From: Bdellovibrionota bacterium
GTDB taxonomy: Bacteria > Bdellovibrionota_C > UBA2361 > OMIW01
NCBI GenBank assembly: GCA_044345055.1
Contig: JBIJBT010000076.1
Span: 1-13,404, forward strand
DNA length: 13,404 nucleotides
Reading direction: 5' to 3'
Notes under the pieces: model-generated
What the model saw: the letters and a program-made list of their open reading frames with translations, nothing else
Told to the model about the DNA's origin: nothing
Databases searched by the model: none
In this document: positions 1-7,502 of the stretch, piece by piece
Layout of the letters: each line of letters opens with the position of its first letter
Numbering within the stretch: the first letter of the stretch is position 1
Made by a program: the position numbers and the translations under genes

Positions 1-371
1 CCCCGGCCCCGCGCCCCCCCCCCCCCCCCCCACCCGGCCGAGTCCTCGGTTACCTCCAAACGTCTCATCATCCCATTTGAACGATTCAAGTGTTCTTAGA
101 AGTCGGGGTTCAGTATTAAATCTTGGCCTCTCTGGCCGCTCTTCTCTTTCATCCATCTCACAAAACTCCAATGTTCCGTTTTCACTGCCGCATTAGTAAG
201 TAGAAAACTCCATAATCCTCTCTGTTATTGGCACCCATTTCTATTTCGTATCTTCTGCGAGAAAAATTTTCGCGCGCCGAATTTCCTCAAATGATAATCA
301 ATTGAATGTTCGGCGTTTTGCGGACCCGAGAAGGTCGTTGCCTATTCAAACAGGTCCTCGACTTCTATCCC

Positions 372-1664
372 TCAGAAGGATGCACCTCCAAGCTGATAGC
401 GGGTCATAGGACCAGCACCGATTCGCTTAACCCGACCCTCCGAGCGAAGAATATTAAGCTGACTCGTCACCGTTGCTTTGCTTACGTTGAGCTCCTGGGA
501 TAGGTCACTACTTGATACCTCTCTCTTTCGTTTTATCAGCTCGAGTATCCTAGCTTTTAAACCAGTCCCGTCTGGTGGGTATGTCACATTCTCTGTCAGA
601 GTAGATTCTTTTGCGGCCTCTTTTTCGAGGGAGAGTATTACTTTGAACCAGTTGGGTCCCTCTATAAACTCTGGCTCTCGGTGCCCTTCATCTCTCATCG
701 AACTACGGATGAGCGCGATGCCTGTTCCTCTTTTTTCAACGAGGAAAAGCCGTCGTGCGATTGTACAAATCACCCGATTTCTAATGTAGCTGGTTCCATC
801 TCCAAGAGATTCAGCGATGAAGGGACCGGCAAAATGGCCAGGGCTAAATATCTCAAGACGGTCGCGGTAAAGGGCGATCTTTATTGCCCCTGCGATGCTG
901 TATTGTCTATGAAAGAGGGCATTTAGAACTACTTCACGAATCGCCGCGGTTGGGAGTTTGTGTTGTGTCGGTCGATATGTCGCTCCGCGCAGGCGAGGCT
1001 CTATTCCGAGCCACGATGAGAGGAGCTCGATGCAAGCCTCTGCTTGATGTGGAATTGGTCCCTGAATGATATGACTCTCAACAGTTTCTCTTCCCTCTGT
1101 TCCGCGCATTTTGCTGATGATAACTTCAGCTTCTGGAACAAATTGTTCAGGATGAGGGTGCAGCATTAACACCCCTCCTCGCGTGGGAGCAACTTCTCCT
1201 GAAAACTGATCTCGATGGAGAATATCGAGCGAAAAGAGCATTTTTTCTGATCGTAATCCCTTGGGAAGAAGCGAGAGATTAAGCTTAGCCAACGGGCAGC
1301 GGGTGACCGGAGCTTCGTCGTATTCGAGCCGCTGTTGCTTCAGGAGAAGCTCCTCAAGCAGAGCTCCCTCGGCCCGTCGGGTGTGGGCGCCAACCCGAAC
1401 GAATATCCCCTGATTCAAGCCTTCTTTAGCGATAAAATAAGGCTTCTGCATTCCTTGGAAAACCTTGATTATCAGGACCTCTTTATCGCCGATAGTTTGC
1501 GTATAGATCAGCGGGGTAACGGCCGGTAGAATTGTATCGGCGAGGGATAAGGGGAGACGCTCCAAAAGGTCGTCGATGGTTTTGGAGTCAAGGCCCACAA
1601 TCGCGCGGGTCTTATCCTCAACCCCTACCATCAGCTCCCCGCCGATGCCATTTGCAAAAGCCAC
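372..1664 (-). CDS. AlbA_2 (Schlafen-like) domain + HATPase_c_4 ('RecG C-terminal') + C-terminal winged HTH protein; open portion of a gene whose true start is probably ATG 1751, interrupted by an in-frame TAA at 1730-1728 (possible pseudogene or sequence error)
   Basis: AlbA_2 motif AFANGIGGELMVGVED. HATPase_c_4 motifs AIREVVLNALFHRQY, DRLEIFSPG, RNRVI and VEKRGTGI. C-terminal HTH ILELIKRKREVSSSDLSQELNVSKATVTSQLNILRSEGRVKRIG. The upstream in-frame sequence reads MNDMHLP*ESRVVEYKQQATDLRKIAQTVV. Confidence 0.88.
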   Translation of the reverse strand: MAFANGIGGELMVGVEDKTRAIVGLDSKTIDDLLERLPLSLADTILPAVTPLIYTQTIGDKEVLIIKVFQGMQKPYFIAKEGLNQGIFVRVGAHTRRAEGALLEELLLKQQRLEYDEAPVTRCPLAKLNLSLLPKGLRSEKMLFSLDILHRDQFSGEVAPTRGGVLMLHPHPEQFVPEAEVIISKMRGTEGRETVESHIIQGPIPHQAEACIELLSSWLGIEPRLRGATYRPTQHKLPTAAIREVVLNALFHRQYSIAGAIKIALYRDRLEIFSPGHFAGPFIAESLGDGTSYIRNRVICTIARRLFLVEKRGTGIALIRSSMRDEGHREPEFIEGPNWFKVILSLEKEAAKESTLTENVTYPPDGTGLKARILELIKRKREVSSSDLSQELNVSKATVTSQLNILRSEGRVKRIGAGPMTRYQLGGASF

Positions 1665-1774
1665 AACCGTTTGCGCGATCTTCCGGAGATCGGTTGCTTG
1701 TTGTTTGTATTCAACTACCCGAGATTCTTAAGGAAGATGCATATCGTTCATGACTGTGGTTAGAAAGCGAACCG

Positions 1775-1817
1775 GTATCGTTTAATCGATTAAACGATTA
1801 AACGATACTCTCGGCAA
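1775..1817 (-). promoter_or_regulatory. Putative sigma70 promoter of the AlbA_2-HTH gene overlapped by a palindromic operator
   Basis: Minus strand TTGCCG (1817-1812) - 17 bp - TTTAAT (1794-1789). Perfect 22-bp palindrome ATCGTTTAATCGATTAAACGAT (1777-1798). A 13-bp inverted repeat GTATCGTTTAATC (1775-1787) / GATTAAACGATAC (1796-1808). Confidence 0.6.
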
Positions 1818-1859
1818 GCCGTTCGTTTTTTGGTCGAACGTGGACGGTAACAGTAGGCT

Positions 1860-1887
1860 AGGGTTTTATGGGGAGGGTTTTATGAGG
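1860..1887. repeat. 14-bp tandem direct repeat
   Basis: AGGGTTTTATGGGG (1860-1873) followed directly by AGGGTTTTATGAGG (1874-1887), one mismatch. Confidence 0.6.
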
Positions 1888-1951
1888 AGTGAATCTAAAG
1901 CGTCGAACTACTGAAGCTTGGATAATAGAGGCTTTTTTTTGCATCGGTCGA

Positions 1952-3118
1952 TCAGGTTTTCCCAAACCTCCCACCCCACAGCTGATCAAGAAACATCCGC
2001 CACGGCAGGACCTCGATACCATCCTCGATGCGTGGGCGCTCTTCGTCGCAGACGAGGATGTAGTCGGTGCAGATCTTTTCCTCGCGTAGCGCGAGAAGGC
2101 CGCGGAAATGGGCGGGTTTTGCGATCTTTGCTGACTTAACTTCTATTGCGACTCGATCGTCGATGACAAAATCCACTTCCTCTTTGGAGGTAGAACGCCA
2201 AAACGTAAGGGTGGAGAGCGGATTGAAGTAATCGATCCATGCCTTAATCTCCATCATGATGAATTGCTCGAAAAATTCTCCCCACTCAGTTTGTTCGGGA
2301 ACAAGGGTGGGAAGCCTTCGCAATGAGCGGACTACGCCGGTATCGAAAAAGTAAAACTTTGGGGTATCAATCGATTTTCTTTTTCGAGTCGCCTTAAAAG
2401 GGCGAATTTCCCAAGCAAGGAGGGTGTCATAGAGAACCTGAAACCAATTTTGTACGGTCGACCGAGAGGCTTGAGCATCATTTGCGATAGATGAGTAGTT
2501 AATCAGCTGTCCATTCGAGAGAGCGGCAACGTGTAAGAATCTGCTAAAAGCGGGGAGATTGCGGGAAACGCCCTCCCCTGCGATCTCCTCGGTAAGATAG
2601 CGACCAACGTACGCGGCGAGGTCCTCGTCCGGATTGGTCGCGAGATAGTGATTCGGAATGAGGCCGTGATTGAGCGCTCGTGAGAGGGAGAAGTCGTGCT
2701 CCCTGAGCTCCCGATAGACGAAGGGATGGAAATGACGATCGCGACCACGACCTCCCAGAAGATTTGCCCCACTGCGGCGGAGCTTTCGTGCGCTCGAACC
2801 GGTGAGGAGAAATCGAATCCGGAACTCCTCCATCATGAGATGAACCTCATCGAGGAGCTGGGGGCATTTTTGAATCTCGTCGATAAGGATAACTGCATCG
2901 CGAACCCGTAAAGCCGCAATCTCCTTTCGAATCAGGGTGGGGTCGGCGAGAAGCCGAAGCAGTAGCGCCTGGTCGAGGAGGTTGTACGATGCGGTGATGG
3001 CGGGAGTGAGCTGTTCCCGTACAAAGCACGACTTCCCCGTTTGGCGGGGTCCCCATAAAATGACGGTCTTCTGCTGAAGCAGGTCGCTAATGGGTATAAT
3101 CCGTTGAATATACTGCAT
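1952..3118 (-). CDS. AAA+ ATPase (AAA_14) with DUF4143 / PD-(D/E)xK-like C-terminal domain
   Basis: Walker A GPRQTGKS, Walker B ILIDEIQK, LTGSS, LLGGR, central HTH-like GQLINYSSIANDAQASRSTVQNW, PKFYFFDTG, and FWRS...EVDFV...AIEVKS. The 388-aa length is typical of the family. Confidence 0.92.
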   Translation of the reverse strand: MQYIQRIIPISDLLQQKTVILWGPRQTGKSCFVREQLTPAITASYNLLDQALLLRLLADPTLIRKEIAALRVRDAVILIDEIQKCPQLLDEVHLMMEEFRIRFLLTGSSARKLRRSGANLLGGRGRDRHFHPFVYRELREHDFSLSRALNHGLIPNHYLATNPDEDLAAYVGRYLTEEIAGEGVSRNLPAFSRFLHVAALSNGQLINYSSIANDAQASRSTVQNWFQVLYDTLLAWEIRPFKATRKRKSIDTPKFYFFDTGVVRSLRRLPTLVPEQTEWGEFFEQFIMMEIKAWIDYFNPLSTLTFWRSTSKEEVDFVIDDRVAIEVKSAKIAKPAHFRGLLALREEKICTDYILVCDEERPRIEDGIEVLPWRMFLDQLWGGRFGKT

Positions 3119-3128
3119 AATGTACTAG

Positions 3129-3177
3129 CGCCAACCGTGTTGGCGAAAATGTCAATAAGGTGCCAATAGAGTTAGCA
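3129..3177 (-). promoter_or_regulatory. Pair of related 17-bp inverted repeats upstream of the AAA-DUF4143 gene (candidate operators)
   Basis: CGCCAAC-CGT-GTTGGCG (3129-3145) and TGCCAA-TAGAG-TTAGCA (3161-3177), 11/17 identical and 32 bp apart. They flank a minus-strand TTGACA (3155-3150). Confidence 0.4.
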
Positions 3178-3417
3178 TATAACAAGAAGTAGTGTGATTT
3201 CAATCGAGTAAATTATAGAACTGAATCAACGATTGATTGAATCTATCTTTGTACCCGATGAATAGCTCCAAGGCTTGGGGCTTTTTGGCCCTGGATTGAT
3301 CAATTTTCGGAATTTTCCCCCAACCCTTGGGGACACTTATGCATAAACCTCTAAGCCTCTGAGCTAAAGAGGTTCGGGGCCGCCGGTTGTCGAAATGATA
3401 GTCCGACGCTTAACGAG

Positions 3418-4479
3418 TTAGGATGTCTTCGCCATATAGTCGAGCGAATACAACACCGGGTCTCTTCCTTGCCCCTCAAATCCAATCGCTTCCTCGAGCA
3501 CCTTCGCGAGGTGCTCTCGCGGGGAGAACGTCACTTCACCTTCATTTTGCCCACCGTCGACGGTTCCTAAACGATAGGCCGCCGCAAGCCGTTTTTCCCA
3601 GTCCTTAAGCGCTGAGGGTTCCTTTTGAGATTCCTCTTTATCGACATAATCAATATAAAGATGTTCAACTGTGCTAATCCCAAGAGGGCTCTCTTGGTAG
3701 AAACAATCCATGAGGAGCTGCACTCGATGATAGATGTCGAGAAAATCATTTACCGGCACTCCGAGAACAGAATAACCGGAACCTTTATCCTCGCCCGTTT
3801 GGATTAAATCGCTGATCTGTCTATCCACCCTCATCTTCAATGCTTCGAGACTGGTATCAGGATTCACTAAGACGACCTGTTTGTTGTCATCCATCCATGT
3901 TCCCGCTCGCACCACCGAGAGGACATGATCGTGCGGGACAAAGGTGCGGTCCAGCTTGGGAAGTGCTAACTGACCAGAATTCGGCGCATCCCACGCGATC
4001 CTGATATCAATCTTCCCAAGGCCCACCTCGGTGAGACGGTCAAAAAATTGTGGATCGACCGGCTTGTCGGCATGAGCGAGATCAAAAAGCGCACGCACGG
4101 CAGAAGGCTTCGAGGGTTGTGCAGAATCTCTTTGACGCAACCAATCGAGAGCAATCATGGTCGACCGCACCAGTTCGGCCGGGAGCTGTTCACTCCCGAC
4201 CTGAATCAGGCTCTCTCCGCTCGCTGAGAGTCTCGAGGAACTTGGGTCTATGAGAAACTGATCCGGCTTCAGACCGGCGAGTATCTCAGGAAAAAAAGGG
4301 GCCACTCTCTCTTCATCCGACCGTTGGCCATGTCGCGGTAAGGTGATATCGCTAAAAGTCTGTCCCAATCCAGCAACTGCCTGATGAACCGTATTCCAAA
4401 AAGACATCTTCAACTCTCCTAATTCTGTCTGCTGCACCTCACTCGAGCTGAGCTTTGTGTTTGCGGATTGACTGGACAT
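3418..4479 (-). CDS. Hypothetical protein (353 aa), no family recognised; possible internal tandem duplication
   Basis: Long ORF with ATG start and TAA stop, protein-like composition, and no competing long ORF. Confidence 0.8.
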   Translation of the reverse strand: MSSQSANTKLSSSEVQQTELGELKMSFWNTVHQAVAGLGQTFSDITLPRHGQRSDEERVAPFFPEILAGLKPDQFLIDPSSSRLSASGESLIQVGSEQLPAELVRSTMIALDWLRQRDSAQPSKPSAVRALFDLAHADKPVDPQFFDRLTEVGLGKIDIRIAWDAPNSGQLALPKLDRTFVPHDHVLSVVRAGTWMDDNKQVVLVNPDTSLEALKMRVDRQISDLIQTGEDKGSGYSVLGVPVNDFLDIYHRVQLLMDCFYQESPLGISTVEHLYIDYVDKEESQKEPSALKDWEKRLAAAYRLGTVDGGQNEGEVTFSPREHLAKVLEEAIGFEGQGRDPVLYSLDYMAKTS

Positions 4480-4943
4480 ACTTCACAGTCTTTTTTTTGC
4501 GAAGTTTCGCTCCGTGAAGTCGCTCATGAAGCTATAACGGCTGGTAAAGATACCCACTTTCTCGGGGTAAAAAATTACGTAACAGGCTTATAGCAAAAAA
4601 AACTAGAGGGGAGCAAAGCGCTTAATTGCAGAAACCATATCGCGTTAATCGCTCTGACACCAGAAGTTTCAGCCTCCAAATACAGGCCTATTAAAAAACG
4701 TCCTTTTCAAGCCCTCGATGGAAGAGTCCGTCAGCTTCGAATTCCCGCTCGATTTGCATCGCGCTTAGGTTTTTAACATATATATTCTTTTTACTCTGCA
4801 GGGACGAATTAGAGCTAATTTGACCACTGAACGCCATTTGACCCCCTGGAGCTCTATTTCTCTGAGGTTAAGAGAATCAGGGTAAAGAGTTTGGGGGGGA
4901 TAAAGGTCTGCTAAATGTATTATTATCAATGCTATCATAATGC

Positions 4944-4973
4944 TATACACTATATAGAGTATCTGGTATAGTG
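4944..4973 (+). promoter_or_regulatory. Putative extended -10 promoter (probably leaderless mRNA) with overlapping inverted repeat
   Basis: TATACA (4944-4949) - 17 bp - TATAGT (4967-4972), preceded by TG-G (4964-4966). ATG 4979 lies 6 nt after the -10 and has no clear SD. Inverted repeat CACTATA (4948-4954) / TATAGTG (4967-4973). Confidence 0.55.
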
Positions 4974-4978
4974 GATGA

Positions 4979-5494
4979 ATGAGCTCGACTAAAGACTTCA
5001 TCACCAACCTCTTTGTTGAAATAGATGCCGAGCTGGATCGAGCGACGAATGAGCGCCGCGAGGAGGATCTACCGGGCATCAGACCACTTCACATCAGAGT
5101 ACTCGGGCAGCTCTGCCTCCTGATGGATGAGCGAGGGTTAGCGCTAAATCCAGCCGCCACTCGAGATATGGATGCTCTCGTGGTCGGTGATGCTCCCGCT
5201 GTTGCAATTTTTCGAGCGGTACTGCGCCGTAGAGGCCTTATCTATGATGAGTTGAGTTCCGAAATCTGGCTTCCTGATGATGCGCTTTTCCTTCCTTCGT
5301 ATTCATCGAAGAACCTCCAAGTAACCTATCTCGATCCGATTTCTGCTCTCACGAGTAAAGCAATAAAGGCACCAGAGAAAAACAGGTTCCTTGTCAGACG
5401 CGGTATTGAGCTTTTTGGCGAATCGCTTGAGCGGTCGATTGCGAGGTACGGAGGTAATATTTCTTATTTTCGAGGCGGAAGACTCTCTCTGTGA
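4979..5494 (+). CDS. DUF6036 / AbiEii-like nucleotidyltransferase (putative toxin)
   Basis: Pol-beta-type NTase signature IRVLGQLCLL...AATRDMDALV (hG-x-x...T-x-D-h-D), followed by a C-terminal ALTSKAIKAPEKN segment resembling the conserved K...R/K-D helix of AbiEii-like proteins. 171 aa. Confidence 0.7.
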   Translation: MSSTKDFITNLFVEIDAELDRATNERREEDLPGIRPLHIRVLGQLCLLMDERGLALNPAATRDMDALVVGDAPAVAIFRAVLRRRGLIYDELSSEIWLPDDALFLPSYSSKNLQVTYLDPISALTSKAIKAPEKNRFLVRRGIELFGESLERSIARYGGNISYFRGGRLSL

Positions 5495-5495
5495 T

Positions 5496-5984
5496 ATGAA
5501 GAAGAAGCAATCACAATTCAATCAACAACGAGAGGAGCGAATCATCGGCTTTTTCGTTGCCAAGGGACTTCTGATCGCACCCCATATTTCGCCCAAAAGC
5601 TCTATTAAGATAGCTATCTCTGATGTGATTGAGGTGGGCCTGACCAAGGAACCACGGGTGCTCGAGGTCCTCCCCGCAGCGCTCCTCCACTTCCCACGCT
5701 CGTTTCTCGGTCACCACGAGATGCCACCGAAGCTCAAACAGGTCCTCGATAATATCCGGGCAGGGAAGCTCACCGGTCCAACTATCGGGGGAATCCGCTA
5801 TGAGGCGATGCTCCGATGGGCAAACGAACCGCTCCCCGACAAGCGCACCACACTCGAAAAAGATCGCAAAGTGATGAAAGCTTTTCGACTAAAACGATCC
5901 GCCATACAGAAACTCAAGGAAGGTGCGGCGGCGCTATGCATGAACGAGTCGGAGTACATTGAATCGTTGTTGTTGAGGGATTAG
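5496..5984 (+). CDS. Uncharacterised 162-aa protein with C-terminal ribbon-helix-helix-like domain (putative antitoxin/autorepressor)
   Basis: ATG 5496 lies 1 nt after the upstream TGA (TGATATG), consistent with translational coupling, and is in frame with the 5391 ORF. The C-terminus KVMKAFRLKRSAIQKLKEGAAALCMNESEYIESLL fits the beta-strand/helix/turn/S-E-h-I pattern of RHH (CopG/Arc-like) domains. Confidence 0.7.
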   Translation: MKKKQSQFNQQREERIIGFFVAKGLLIAPHISPKSSIKIAISDVIEVGLTKEPRVLEVLPAALLHFPRSFLGHHEMPPKLKQVLDNIRAGKLTGPTIGGIRYEAMLRWANEPLPDKRTTLEKDRKVMKAFRLKRSAIQKLKEGAAALCMNESEYIESLLLRD

Positions 5985-6126
5985 GGCCGTCCGAGGGATC
6001 TATCTAGAGATCTTCATGCTCTAAAATCTGTGTATCTATAAGCTAAAGAGATCCGAGCTTCTCCGCAAAGTGCAATACAAACGGACGGTGCGACTCGCGA
6101 AAATTGGCGATTCAGATCGGGAGCAA

Positions 6127-6352
6127 TGCTCTTACCCCCATATTTTGAACCACCGCCTTAAGTAGAATCTGCGTCAGAAAAGTAGTAAAAAAAGACTCAT
6201 GAAAATGCCAAAATATTATAGAATATAGAGGGCAAGCTAAAAGCAAGTAAGCGATTGAGGCTATCAAGGATGTGAAGACTTTGGTGGAGCTTACATCTGA
6301 TTACTAGGTTTACCGTAGACAGATTATACATTGGGAGAAGCAGCTGCTTTGA
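6127..6352 (+). mobile_element. Degenerate IS3-family insertion sequence remnant (left IR + OrfA pseudogene)
   Basis: Frame 6251-6352 reads AIEAIKDVKTLVELTSDY*VYRRQIIHWEKQLL*, matching IS3 OrfA (HTH_Tnp_1) of the type '[34 protein letters not shown]'. It is preceded by a frameshifted KLKA and ATG 6199. 6127 starts TGCTCTTACCCCCATATTTTGAACCAC, similar to IS3-type left ends (TGATCTTACCC...GGACAC). Confidence 0.75.
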
Positions 6353-6592
6353 AGGGAAGAGACTTGGGTTGAACCTGAATGAATCTGAGTTTCGGGATTT
6401 AAAAGTTATGCGGGTTCACAGAATTTGGCTGTTTCAGTAGAAACTCTCGATCGCCTTTAATAGTCGAAGAAATAAGCGAAATAGATTAATTTTGGTCTCT
6501 CTCTGTAGTTCTAAGTGGTTCCAGTATTGATTCCCAATAAACTAGGTCCTTTAAAACTAGAACCATTCAACCCTACCTTCCCCGACACCCCC

Positions 6593-7432
6593 TCAACCCC
6601 AACTTACCTGCAATCCATCAAACCCCAGCTCCACCCCTTGAGGAAGCCGAATCATTGTGTCGTTGTAATCGACCGAGTGATCCGTATGTATCAGTATTGT
6701 TCTTGGGACCTGAAGCTTTTGGGCTAATTCGCACGCCTCGCTGATTGAGAAATGGGTGGGGTGGGGTGCGACTCGGAGACCGTCTAGGAATAAAACTTTA
6801 ACTCCGCTGAGCTGCTCGATTGTTTCAGGGGGGATGTAGTTGCAATCGGTGGCATAGGCGATTGGGCCGAATCGGTACATCGTCACCGGTAGACGCCCGT
6901 GATAGACCGTCAGAGGAAGAAACGATAGGGGGAGTGGGCTTTCTTGCTCGTTGCTACCGGAAATGGTAACGGGTTCTCCCTCCGTAATGGTTCGAAGATC
7001 GAGTTGCGCGGTTTTTCCCTCGTAGAGGGGGTGCGGATTAAAGACGTAATTGAATACCGAACAAATTCCCGCTCTCGTTTCTGTTGATGCGTAACACGAG
7101 ATTGCTCGGCGACTTGAAAAATTAAAGGCGCGAAGATCATCAATTCCCAAAATATGATCGGCGTGGGCGTGAGTGAAAAGCACTGCATCAACGTGATCGA
7201 TACCAGCGCGGAGTGCTTGTTGGCGAAGATCTGGTCCTGCATCGATTAGAACGGAGAGTCCGTCGGAGGAGGCGATGTGTGCGGCGGCGCGAAGTCGTTT
7301 ATTGCGCGGGTCAATCGAATGACACAAATTGCAGTGGCAACCGGCGAGTGGCACACCGGTGGAGCCGCCGCATCCAAGGAGAGTTATGGTATAAGTGATC
7401 GGAGGAGTTTTGGATTGCATATCGGTTTGCAA
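6593..7432 (-). CDS. MBL-fold metallo-hydrolase, PhnP-like phosphodiesterase family
   Basis: LLGCGGSTGVP...CHCNLC Zn motif, LIDAGPDLRQQALR, THAHADHILGIDDLR (HxHxDH), YATDC, HPTHF. The start could be the second ATG (7420). Confidence 0.92.
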   Translation of the reverse strand: MQTDMQSKTPPITYTITLLGCGGSTGVPLAGCHCNLCHSIDPRNKRLRAAAHIASSDGLSVLIDAGPDLRQQALRAGIDHVDAVLFTHAHADHILGIDDLRAFNFSSRRAISCYASTETRAGICSVFNYVFNPHPLYEGKTAQLDLRTITEGEPVTISGSNEQESPLPLSFLPLTVYHGRLPVTMYRFGPIAYATDCNYIPPETIEQLSGVKVLFLDGLRVAPHPTHFSISEACELAQKLQVPRTILIHTDHSVDYNDTMIRLPQGVELGFDGLQVSWG

Positions 7433-7502
7433 CTATGCGAACGGTTCTTTGGGTTGGGAAGCCATCAGAACCTCCCATATTGAGCGTTGAATTCTGTAAT
7501 TT

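Noticed and set aside
1..35. Poly-C/GC-only run at the window start as a G-quadruplex or phase-variation tract
   Set aside because: It sits at the sequence edge and is most simply a low-quality or poly-G read artefact, so it cannot be supported.
3265..3374. Several short hairpins (GCTCCAA/TTGGGGC, CCCCAA/TTGGGG, AACCTCT/AGAGGTT) as an sRNA or terminator
   Set aside because: The only good U-tract is on the + strand, where no gene ends, and no known RNA motif was recognised.
4765..5079. 104-aa minus-strand ORF with a hydrophobic stretch
   Set aside because: It is antisense to the NTase 5' end and its AT-rich promoter. The hydrophobicity reflects AT-rich DNA, and there are no recognisable motifs.
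5391..5495. ORF-track N-terminal extension of the 5391..5984 ORF
   Set aside because: It overlaps the NTase gene by about 100 nt from a TTG start. ATG 5496, right after the stop, is the more plausible start.
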